This document shows positions 55,130-62,498 of a DNA stretch of 62,498 bases, piece after piece. Below the pieces are notes generated by a model. The model had not been told where the DNA came from and made no database searches. It was given only the letters and a program-made list of their open reading frames with translations. Positions within the stretch are counted from its first letter, which is position 1; each line of letters opens with the position of its first letter. The position numbers and the translations under genes were made by a program. Source of the DNA: an uncultured Thermotogaceae bacterium (GTDB taxonomy: Bacteria > Thermotogota > Thermotogae > MWEM01); the NCBI GenBank assembly GCA_964631265.1, contig CAZVWW010000002.1:1-62498 (forward strand), written 5' to 3'.

Positions 55130-55665
55130 GAATAAACATCCCCACAAGGATTACCTTAATCAGGGTAGCGGCTATCCCGTTGTTGATGTGGATGATTCAA
55201 CTCAGTCCGGACCGGCAGATATTCGCCATACTGGCACTGCTTATCTTCATAGGCGGTTCGCTGACGGACTGGCTGGACGGCTACCTGGCAAGAAAAAACG
55301 ACGATATAACCACGCTGGGCAAATTCTTCGATCAGCTCGCTGACAAGGCCTTTATAGCAGGGGCCCTTTGTGTGCTGGTCTGGAATCATGAAGTCAGCTT
55401 CTGGTTGTTGGCGATTATCATCATAAGAGATACGGCGGTGAGTGGTATCAGAATGCTTGCTGCGTCCAACAACGAGGTCATCCCGGCGAATATCTGGGGT
55501 AAGACAAAGACCGTGGCACAGATGGTCTATGTCAGTGCCGTCCTGATCAATGTGGCGTTCAACTGGCCGGCTCAGTGGTTGCTGCTCGGGTTTGCCTGGA
55601 TCGTCGCGATTCTGACGGTGGTATCCGGTATCACCTATTTCAAGGGATTCAGCCGATACCTATGA
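55126..55665 (+). CDS. pgsA: CDP-diacylglycerol--glycerol-3-phosphate 3-phosphatidyltransferase
   Basis: CDP-alcohol phosphotransferase motif DWLDGYLARK...GKFFDQLADK. Confidence 0.9.
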   Translation: MRINIPTRITLIRVAAIPLLMWMIQLSPDRQIFAILALLIFIGGSLTDWLDGYLARKNDDITTLGKFFDQLADKAFIAGALCVLVWNHEVSFWLLAIIIIRDTAVSGIRMLAASNNEVIPANIWGKTKTVAQMVYVSAVLINVAFNWPAQWLLLGFAWIVAILTVVSGITYFKGFSRYL

Positions 55666-56225
55666 CGAGAACGTTTATGGCAATACCGGTCGACGATGAT
55701 ATCCGGATGCTCTGCCGCAAAACCCAGTTTGATCTGAAATCAGGAGCTGTTGAAGCCAAATGGACAGAACCGGAAAATCTGCATCTGACGCTGTTCTTCT
55801 TCGGAGAGATTGAAGATTCCAGGATCGAATCGATTAGAACCGCAATGAAGGGGCTGGAACAAGATGCGTTTAACATCACATTCAACCGGGTGGGTTATTT
55901 CAAGCGAGATTCAAGACCAACCGTCGTCTGGGTTGGCATCGATGAGAACCGGGAGCTCGAAGCATTGTACCAGACCGGGTACAAATTGTTCAAAAACATC
56001 GTCCCGTTAAGAAAGAAAAACCGGTTCCGGCCGCATCTGACCCTTGGCAGAATCAAAAAAGTACCCTCGAACTGGGAACGCATCATAAAAAGTGTGACAT
56101 GGGAAACGATCAAAATGCCGGTTGAACGGGTCATACTGTATCGCTCTGACCTGACACCGGCCGGACCGGTGTACAGTCAAATAGAAGCAATAAAATTGAA
56201 GCAAAAAATGGATAAGGAGGAATAA
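55662..56225 (+). CDS. thpR: RNA 2',3'-cyclic phosphodiesterase ThpR (LigT, 2H family)
   Basis: Two HxTx motifs, HLTLFFFG and HLTLGR. ATGA overlap with pgsA. The ORF-track start at 55575 is rejected. Confidence 0.8.
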   Translation: MTRTFMAIPVDDDIRMLCRKTQFDLKSGAVEAKWTEPENLHLTLFFFGEIEDSRIESIRTAMKGLEQDAFNITFNRVGYFKRDSRPTVVWVGIDENRELEALYQTGYKLFKNIVPLRKKNRFRPHLTLGRIKKVPSNWERIIKSVTWETIKMPVERVILYRSDLTPAGPVYSQIEAIKLKQKMDKEE

Positions 56226-56226
56226 A

Positions 56227-57357
56227 ATGGCGAAAAAGAGTACTAAAAGTGCAGATAAAAACAAGAAGATAGCGCTCGATAATGCCATAAAGAAGATCGA
56301 AAAGGATTTTGGAAAGGGAAGTATCATGGTAATGGGAGATGAGGATGTTGCCAATGTCGAAGTCATCCCCTCCGGATCACTTGCTTTGGATATCGCACTC
56401 GGCGTCGGTGGTTATCCGAGGGGACGGGTTGTTGAGATCTACGGACCCGAATCCAGCGGAAAGACGACCCTGACACTCCATGCCATCGCAGAGGCACAGA
56501 AGGCCGGTGGCGTTGCCGCCTTTGTGGATGCTGAACACGCACTGGACCCGGTCTACGCGAGGAATCTCGACGTTGATCTCGACAGTCTTCTGATTTCACA
56601 GCCCGGAAGTGGAGAAGAGGCCCTTGAAATTGTTGAGACCCTTGTGAGAAGCAATGCGGTGGATCTCATCGTAGTCGACTCAGTCGCAGCACTTGTACCG
56701 AGAGCCGAGATTGACGGCAATATGGGAGATGCGCAGGTTGGCCTTCAGGCCAGATTAATGTCCCAGGCACTCAGAAAGCTCTCCGGAGTTGTCAACAAAT
56801 CAAAGACCTGCGTTGTCTTTACCAATCAGCTGAGGATGAAGATCGGTATCTCCTTCGGAAATCCCGAGACCACGACGGGCGGGATGGCGCTTAAGTTCTA
56901 CTGTTCAGTTAGGTTAGACATCCGGAGAATCGGGTCGCTGAAAGAATCGACGGAATTTGTCGGAAACGAAACCCGTGTCAAGGTCGTTAAGAACAAGGTT
57001 GCCCCACCGTTTAAACAGGCGCATTTTGATATCCTTTACGGAAAGGGTGTTGTGCGCGAGAACGAGTTGATAACACTCGGCGAAAACGATGACTTTGTGA
57101 TCAAGAAAGGCTCGTGGTTCAGCTATCTCACCGATAACGGCGAGGAGATCAATCTGGGCCAGGGAAAAAGCAACGCCGTCGATTATCTGAAAGACAATCC
57201 CGAGCTCAGAATCGAGCTTGAGAACAAGATCAGAAACAAACATGAGATTCCCACGATAACCCCGGAAGAAGCGGGGATCGATCTCTCCGGTGAGGAAAAG
57301 GCAGAGAAGAAAAAAGAAGAGAAGGTTGAGAAAAAGGAAAGTTCCGGCAAAAAATGA
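56227..57357 (+). CDS. recA: Recombinase RecA
   Basis: Walker [19 protein letters not shown] and the L1/L2 loop regions. Lys/Glu-rich C-terminal tail. Confidence 0.98.
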   Translation: MAKKSTKSADKNKKIALDNAIKKIEKDFGKGSIMVMGDEDVANVEVIPSGSLALDIALGVGGYPRGRVVEIYGPESSGKTTLTLHAIAEAQKAGGVAAFVDAEHALDPVYARNLDVDLDSLLISQPGSGEEALEIVETLVRSNAVDLIVVDSVAALVPRAEIDGNMGDAQVGLQARLMSQALRKLSGVVNKSKTCVVFTNQLRMKIGISFGNPETTTGGMALKFYCSVRLDIRRIGSLKESTEFVGNETRVKVVKNKVAPPFKQAHFDILYGKGVVRENELITLGENDDFVIKKGSWFSYLTDNGEEINLGQGKSNAVDYLKDNPELRIELENKIRNKHEIPTITPEEAGIDLSGEEKAEKKKEEKVEKKESSGKK

Positions 57358-57785
57358 CCTTCCCGGGTGAAATGGAAAGATACTGTTCAACGCTTTTCAG
57401 ATACAGACCGAGAACGGAGGCCGAAATCAGGCGAAGATTCAGAAAAAAGGGATTCGACGAGAATCTGACAGAGGATTTTATCGAACATCTTTACGAACTG
57501 GACATGCTGAACGATCTCAGATTCTGTGAGATGTATATTGAGGATGGCATCAGACTGAAGAAGAAGGGCCCCCTGCTGCTGAAAGAAGAACTGATCAAAA
57601 AGCTGGGTGTTAATCCGGAAACGGCAGAAGAGGCCCTGAACAGTGTTCCGGAAGAAGAGATAACCACCGTATTAAAGGATGATCTCAAAAGAGGAGCGAT
57701 AAGCGATCTTCAGAAGTGGAAGAAGAAGATGTATCGGAGAGGTTTTTCAATCGGACAGATCAACACGGCGATAGAGACCGGTTGA
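57354..57785 (+). CDS. recX: Recombination regulator RecX
   Basis: ATGA overlap with recA. RecX-like three-helix repeats ([17 protein letters not shown]...). Confidence 0.85.
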   Translation: MTFPGEMERYCSTLFRYRPRTEAEIRRRFRKKGFDENLTEDFIEHLYELDMLNDLRFCEMYIEDGIRLKKKGPLLLKEELIKKLGVNPETAEEALNSVPEEEITTVLKDDLKRGAISDLQKWKKKMYRRGFSIGQINTAIETG

Positions 57786-57794
57786 TTCTCAAAG

Positions 57795-57823
57795 GGGACG
57801 GCCCGCAAGAGAGCCGGCCCTTT
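57795..57823 (+). terminator. Weak candidate terminator after recX
   Basis: GGGACGGC / GCCGGCCC arms (one mismatch) with a 10-nt loop, followed only by TTT. Confidence 0.35.
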
Positions 57824-57915
57824 AAAATGGCTAACAAACCGGACGTTTTCAAGTTCGGGTTAATTATTGACCCCAAACTAAAAATATGAGATTGACATAA
57901 ATGGAGGTGCAGGTC

Positions 57916-59481
57916 ATGGGTCTAATCATTTGGATAATAACAGTACTGGCAGTTGCTCTGCTGTCCTCGTTTTTTGGGTTTTTCTTCACGAAGAGATTCC
58001 TGCATGACAGGATCAAAGAAGAGATAAAAAACGAGCTGAAGGCATCACAGTCAACTGCAGAGGAGATCGTTAAAAAGGCAAAACAGGATGCGGATTCGAT
58101 TGTCCGGCAGGGTAAGATAGAGGCAAGAGAAGAGGCCTATAAGATAGTCGAAACAGCGGAAAAAGAGGCCAAAAAATCAAGAGAAGAGATCAAAAAGGCG
58201 GAAAACCGCCTGGAAAAGAGAGAGACTTCAATCGAAAAACGGGAAGAACAGATCGGTCGAAAAGAGGACAAGATTGAAGACAAGAAACAGGAACTGCTGG
58301 AAAAAGACGAAAAACTCAGCGGAATGATCGCCGAGGAAGAAGATAAACTTCACGCAATAGCCAAACTGACACATGAAGAGGCAAGGGACAGAGTCCTCTC
58401 CGAGGCCAGAAAGCAGTACGAACACGATCTGGCATTGATCTTCAAGGAGATCAAAGAAGAAAAAGAAGAAGAGGCGGAGAGGCATTCGCAATGGATTGTC
58501 ACAACAGCCATCCAGCGATATGCGGGAGAATACGTCAACGAGGGAACTGTCAGCACTGTTTCGCTCCCCTCTGATGACATGAAAGGCCGGATCATCGGAC
58601 GTGAGGGAAGAAACATCCGGGCATTCGAGAAGATAACCGGAACAGACCTCATCATCGACGACACACCGGAAGTGGTTGTCGTATCATGTTTTAACCCGCT
58701 GAGAAGAGAAGTGGGACGCCTGACGCTTGAAAAACTCGTCGCCGACGGAAGAATCCACCCCGCCAACATCGAGGAGATGTACGGCAAGGCCAAGCGGGAA
58801 GTCGCCCGGATAGTGAAGGAAGAGGGCGAAAGGGCGGTCTTCGAAACGGGTGTCAGAGGCTTGAACAACGAGCTCGTCAAACTGATCGGTCGACTCCGGT
58901 TCCGAACGAGTTTCGGCCAGAACGTGCTTGAGCACTCCATCGAGGTGGCAAAATTTGCCGGTTTGATGGCCGAGGAGCTGGGACTCAACACCGACCGGGC
59001 CAAGAGAGGCGCACTCTTGCACGACATCGGCAAAGGGGTGGACCATGAAGTGGACGGATCGCATGCGTTGATTGGTGCCGAACTGGCCAAGCGCTACGGT
59101 GAAAAACCCGATATCATCAACATGATACAGTTCCATCACGGGGAATCGGAGCCCGAAACACCGGAGGCATGCCTTGTGGCGGCAGGAGATGCCATCTCAG
59201 CCGCAAGACCGGGGGCAAGACGTGAGACTGTCGACCTCTACATCAAACGCCTCCAGAAGCTCGAGGGGATTGCCAAAAAACGGAAGAACGTCGAAAAGGC
59301 CTATGCCATACAGGCCGGCCGGGAGCTGCGGATTATTGTACAACCCGAGAAGATTGACGATGTCCTGGCCGACAAACTGGCTTACGAGATCGCAAAAGAG
59401 GTGGAAGAACAGGTCGAATATCCCGGTCAGCTGAAGGTAACGGTTATCCGGGAAAAACGTTCTGTCGCCTACGCCAAATAG
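57916..59481 (+). CDS. rny: Ribonuclease Y
   Basis: N-terminal TM helix, coiled coil, KH domain (GRIIGREGRNIRAFE) and HD domain (LLHDIGK). ATG at 57916 sits 5 nt after GGAGGTG. The ORF-track start at 57901 is rejected. Confidence 0.95.
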   Translation: MGLIIWIITVLAVALLSSFFGFFFTKRFLHDRIKEEIKNELKASQSTAEEIVKKAKQDADSIVRQGKIEAREEAYKIVETAEKEAKKSREEIKKAENRLEKRETSIEKREEQIGRKEDKIEDKKQELLEKDEKLSGMIAEEEDKLHAIAKLTHEEARDRVLSEARKQYEHDLALIFKEIKEEKEEEAERHSQWIVTTAIQRYAGEYVNEGTVSTVSLPSDDMKGRIIGREGRNIRAFEKITGTDLIIDDTPEVVVVSCFNPLRREVGRLTLEKLVADGRIHPANIEEMYGKAKREVARIVKEEGERAVFETGVRGLNNELVKLIGRLRFRTSFGQNVLEHSIEVAKFAGLMAEELGLNTDRAKRGALLHDIGKGVDHEVDGSHALIGAELAKRYGEKPDIINMIQFHHGESEPETPEACLVAAGDAISAARPGARRETVDLYIKRLQKLEGIAKKRKNVEKAYAIQAGRELRIIVQPEKIDDVLADKLAYEIAKEVEEQVEYPGQLKVTVIREKRSVAYAK

Positions 59482-59564
59482 AGAAAAAGAGTATTAACTC
59501 AAGTTGTGCGTGAATGTACCCGTTCCTCGCTCCGACTCCCCCGGGTCGGAGCGGAAAAGCCACC

Positions 59565-59585
59565 AAACACCCCCCAGGGTGTTTT
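59565..59585 (+). terminator. Rho-independent terminator after rny
   Basis: AAACACCC-CCCA-GGGTGTTT, an 8-bp stem whose 3' arm runs into TTTT. Confidence 0.65.
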
Positions 59586-59676
59586 CCGAAGCTTTACCGG
59601 GTTTGGAATAGTCAACCCCGGACCAAAAGAAAAAGGTGTATGAACATTTTTTATAGAAAGGGGATTAAGCAAAAAG

Positions 59677-60798
59677 ATGAAAAAGTTCCTGATGATTTTA
59701 CTGCTCGTATCATTACTGAGCCTCCCGGTACTGGCCAGGATCACCGTCTGGGTTTCCTGGGAGGGTGAGGACTGGTTCAAAGAGACTGCACGGGGCTGGT
59801 CATCCAAGAATGACCGTGAAGTCCAAGTCCTGTATATACCAAACCTGGATGAAAAACTCTCGTTAACGCTGAAAGGGGACGGAGCACTGCCGGATATCTG
59901 TCTGATTAAAAATGACGTGCTGCCCCTCATCTTAAAATATGAAGAACCCGTTCCTCTGAGTGAGATTGATACCGGGCTGCAATTCAAAGAGAGCCTCGAA
60001 GCGGCCTTTACCACTGAAGAAAAGACCCGGGCCGTCCCCTTTTATGCTGATATGCAGCTGATGTACCTTTCCAACACCGTCTTTGAGGAGGCGGGTCTGG
60101 CGCTTCCGAATCAGGACTGGGACATAGAGGAATTTGAAGCCCTGATGGAGAAACTGCAAAGGGAAGGCTATCAGCCAAGCGGCTGGGGAATTAATTCCGC
60201 CTACATCTTTACCGGGCTGCAATCGGGACTTGGAACACCGGTGGTGAAACCCGGCGGGACAATCGACATCATGACGGATAAGAACATAGCCCTGTTTGAG
60301 AAAATGAAAGCCTGGTATGATTCCGGCCTTATCCATGATTATGTCAACAGGCCGAATATCATCAAAGCCTTTGCCAAGAAGGAACTGGCCATGTTCCCGC
60401 AGGGGAGTTTTCTGATCCCCAAACTCAATTCAAAGGGGTTCGATTTCTCCGTCAGACCCATGCCGAAACCGTGGCAATCGGTGATAGATCCGAAGGGGTT
60501 TGTCCTCTTCAACGATTCAGAAGCGGTCAAATCACTGGTGAAAACATTAGTGTCAAACGCTCCGGCCTTCTCAGCACAATACGTCAAATATCCTGCAATC
60601 AACACAGAGGACTCTGTCGGAGAGTATTATTCAATACTGAAAAAAACAGTTGAAGAGGGGGTCATCCAGCCCAATGCTGAGAGCTACACCTTCGGCTACT
60701 GGCCGGCGGTTAGAACAGCGCTGGATCTGATTCTCAAAGAGAACATAACGGTTGAGGATGCATTGAAAAGGGCACAGTCCTACATAGAAAACAGATGA
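59677..60798 (+). CDS. ABC transporter substrate-binding protein, family 1 (CUT1/sugar-type)
   Basis: Signal peptide MKKFLMILLLVSLLSLPVLA. RITVWVSWEGE...LPDICLIKND pattern of family-1 SBPs. Confidence 0.8.
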   Translation: MKKFLMILLLVSLLSLPVLARITVWVSWEGEDWFKETARGWSSKNDREVQVLYIPNLDEKLSLTLKGDGALPDICLIKNDVLPLILKYEEPVPLSEIDTGLQFKESLEAAFTTEEKTRAVPFYADMQLMYLSNTVFEEAGLALPNQDWDIEEFEALMEKLQREGYQPSGWGINSAYIFTGLQSGLGTPVVKPGGTIDIMTDKNIALFEKMKAWYDSGLIHDYVNRPNIIKAFAKKELAMFPQGSFLIPKLNSKGFDFSVRPMPKPWQSVIDPKGFVLFNDSEAVKSLVKTLVSNAPAFSAQYVKYPAINTEDSVGEYYSILKKTVEEGVIQPNAESYTFGYWPAVRTALDLILKENITVEDALKRAQSYIENR

Positions 60799-62498
60799 TA
60801 CTGGCATTACCCCTGATAGCACTTATTGCCCTGTTCTCTTTTTTTCCGTTCATCTATTCCGTGTTTTCGGTGGACAGCCCGGATATCGGAACGCTTTTTG
60901 AGATAATGACAGATGCCTCGACAAAGATGGTTGTCGAGGTTTCTTTTTTGTACACATCACTCTCGATATTCTTCGCCATCGCCATCGGCTTTCGTTTCGC
61001 CAGACATATCTACTTCAGCGGCAGCGGAATCAAAAAGTTTGCCCTAACGGCTGTCTTTCTCCTCTGGACTATTCCACCCTTTATCGGGATTCCACTCTAC
61101 CGTTCTGTTCTCTACTGGGGGTTTGACAGTCTTATCAACACAGCACCACAGGCCTTTTTTCTCACAGTGACGGCAAGAATATGGATCGACGTACCGATAT
61201 CGACGATGATCGCCTATGCGGCCATCAGTAACTGCTCCAGGAGCCAGATCGAATTGATGAAAATAGAGGGGGGCTCCCGGAAAGAGATTGCCCGGTTTCT
61301 CTTCAAACCGATGAGCCGGTCAACACTCATATCCTTTTCCGTGCTGATGCTTATCAACAACGCACGGGATCTCGGCGTTCCTTTAATGATGACCCATTCC
61401 AGACCCTACTTGAGTGCCGGATTTACACAATACGGAACCGCAGGCGCCACAACAACCTTCGGGATGTTCCTGAAAGACTCACTCACAACACTTTCCAATC
61501 ATTTCATTGCCTATGCACAGTCCCTTTTTGTGACCCTCCTGCTGCTCCTGCTCTTTATGGCCGTGCTGAGCCTGAAACGGGGCGGGAAATGGCCGCTCCT
61601 GCTCCCGGCTCTTGTCGATCTGCTCTTCATCCACCAGCCGGTGGCAATTGTTTCAGCGGGGTTCGTGCTGCTCATCCTTGCCATGAAACCTAAAAACCGA
61701 TTCATCCCGCTGTTCCCAATTATCCTGACGATCATCATGGCCGGGCCTATAACCCCGGGTCTCTCAATCGCGCTGGTCTATCTTTGTGTTATCCGTCCTG
61801 ATTTTGCTTCTCGAATGCCGGCCCGGATATGGAATTGCCTGACAGATGGATTACTTGTCCTATGGGCGATGATGAGCCTCTTTGTTCTGTTCAATTTTAT
61901 CAAACTGGTCTTCTCTGATCCCCTGTATCCGCCGGAATGGAACGAGTTCAGCCCCTTCACGCTACAGAATTTTGAACAGCTCGCCTCAGACAGCTTTCAT
62001 CTAAACATCCTGAACAGCATCATCATCGGCCTGGGGGCCGCTCTCATCACACTCTTTGTCGTCTTCACCGCAGCGTTCTCAGCCCATGCCAACGGGGAGA
62101 AGCTCGGTTTCCTAAAAAGACTCCTCATTTTCTCGATGGCCATAACCGGTATGAACACCCTCATCCCGCTCTTCTTGCTCTTCAAGAGCACGGGATTGAT
62201 CAACACACTCGCCGGGGTTATCCTGACCGTGGTCAATCACAGCGCCCCACTCGCGTTTATCCTGGTCCTCGAGGACATCAAAAAGATCCCTCAGTCCTAC
62301 ATGGACAGGGCAAGAATAGAGGGAGCAAGCCCTATGAGGACATTTTTCACCATCATCCTGCCCATGATCATTCCCGTCAGCGTCGTTGTCAGTCTCAAGG
62401 TCATCATCGACGGTTGGTCAAGCTTCATCGCCCCGCTCATGTTCCTCACGGATCAGTCCAAATATCCGGTATCGCTCAGACTCTTCTCCTACGCCGGA
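60795..62498 (+). CDS. Fused two-domain ABC permease (MalF/MalG-like halves in one polypeptide); 3' end lies outside the window
   Basis: My own translation shows frame 3 open from ATG at 60795 (ATGA overlap with the SBP stop) to the window end: 568 codons with no stop. There are two EAA-loop motifs, IELMKIEGGSRKEIARFLFKPM and MDRARIEGASPMRTFFTIILPMI, separated by several TM segments. It is absent from the ORF track because no stop lies in the window. Confidence 0.8.
   Translation, partial: MILALPLIALIALFSFFPFIYSVFSVDSPDIGTLFEIMTDASTKMVVEVSFLYTSLSIFFAIAIGFRFARHIYFSGSGIKKFALTAVFLLWTIPPFIGIPLYRSVLYWGFDSLINTAPQAFFLTVTARIWIDVPISTMIAYAAISNCSRSQIELMKIEGGSRKEIARFLFKPMSRSTLISFSVLMLINNARDLGVPLMMTHSRPYLSAGFTQYGTAGATTTFGMFLKDSLTTLSNHFIAYAQSLFVTLLLLLLFMAVLSLKRGGKWPLLLPALVDLLFIHQPVAIVSAGFVLLILAMKPKNRFIPLFPIILTIIMAGPITPGLSIALVYLCVIRPDFASRMPARIWNCLTDGLLVLWAMMSLFVLFNFIKLVFSDPLYPPEWNEFSPFTLQNFEQLASDSFHLNILNSIIIGLGAALITLFVVFTAAFSAHANGEKLGFLKRLLIFSMAITGMNTLIPLFLLFKSTGLINTLAGVILTVVNHSAPLAFILVLEDIKKIPQSYMDRARIEGASPMRTFFTIILPMIIPVSVVVSLKVIIDGWSSFIAPLMFLTDQSKYPVSLRLFSYAG

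Noticed and set aside
59528-59585. Loose resemblance of GGAGCGGAAAAGCCACC to the GACGCAAAGCC core of c-di-GMP-I (GEMM) riboswitches
   Set aside because: Only a short partial match was found. The paired P1/P2 architecture and the tetraloop-receptor elements are not evident. I kept it only as a 'structured spacer' finding.
59514-59768. 84-aa plus-strand ORF spanning the rny/SBP spacer
   Set aside because: It reads through the terminator hairpins and into the binding-protein gene in another frame. Its Pro/Gly/Arg-rich translation reflects the GC-rich stems, and it has no RBS.

Overview
This is a 62.5-kb, almost gap-free chromosomal segment with about 66 protein-coding genes and no intergenic gap above ~300 nt. 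It carries core housekeeping functions, summarised here left to right.

**Gene content**
- Nucleic-acid base metabolism: queH fragment, ogg, trmFO, thyX.
- Cell-wall precursors: murB, glmS.
- An Opp/Dpp-type ABC transporter with a LacI regulator, then pcp.
- A minus-strand block: valS-rsmI-marR-pduL.
- Ferredoxin and an M18 aminopeptidase.
- dnaG-rpoD, followed by three poorly characterised genes.
- A ribosomal-protein operon: rplU-prp-rpmA-rplM-rpsI.
- disA, yceD-rpmF, and an isolated fliG-fliH-fliI unit.
- zapA-like, rapZ-yvcK-whiA-nrdR-greA-lysS.
- A long plus-strand run: GT4 glycosyltransferase, permease, DHH phosphoesterase, DUF59, minD, yjbQ, sua5, RodZ-like, DUF4416, rimO, pgsA, thpR, recA, recX, rny.
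- A family-1 solute-binding protein and a fused two-domain ABC permease that runs off the 3' end and is missing from the supplied ORF track.

**Likely lineage.** From memory, DisA, the 60-aa single-cluster ferredoxin, ThyX/TrmFO, WhiA and the DUF59 protein resemble Thermotoga maritima proteins. A Thermotogota-like origin is therefore plausible, but this is inference and was not searched.

**What I did not find.** No rRNA, tRNA, CRISPR array, IS/transposase, integrase or prophage signature, and no clear-cut novel multi-gene system such as a defence island.

**Best candidates for follow-up**
- A DRTGG / CBS-HATPase / YmaB-like Nudix module, plus a second orphan RsbW-like kinase. No partner-switching partners or hydrogenase are nearby.
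- A secreted chimeric protein: signal peptide, ~200-aa coiled coil, acidic linker and a short YD-type repeat block. It ends a tightly overlapped seven-gene operon.
- fliGHI as a stand-alone unit lacking fliF and fliJ.
- A fused MalF/MalG-like permease.
- Two structured intergenic regions, 12776-12998 and 59482-59676.

All functional calls rest on motif recognition from memory. No database search was run.
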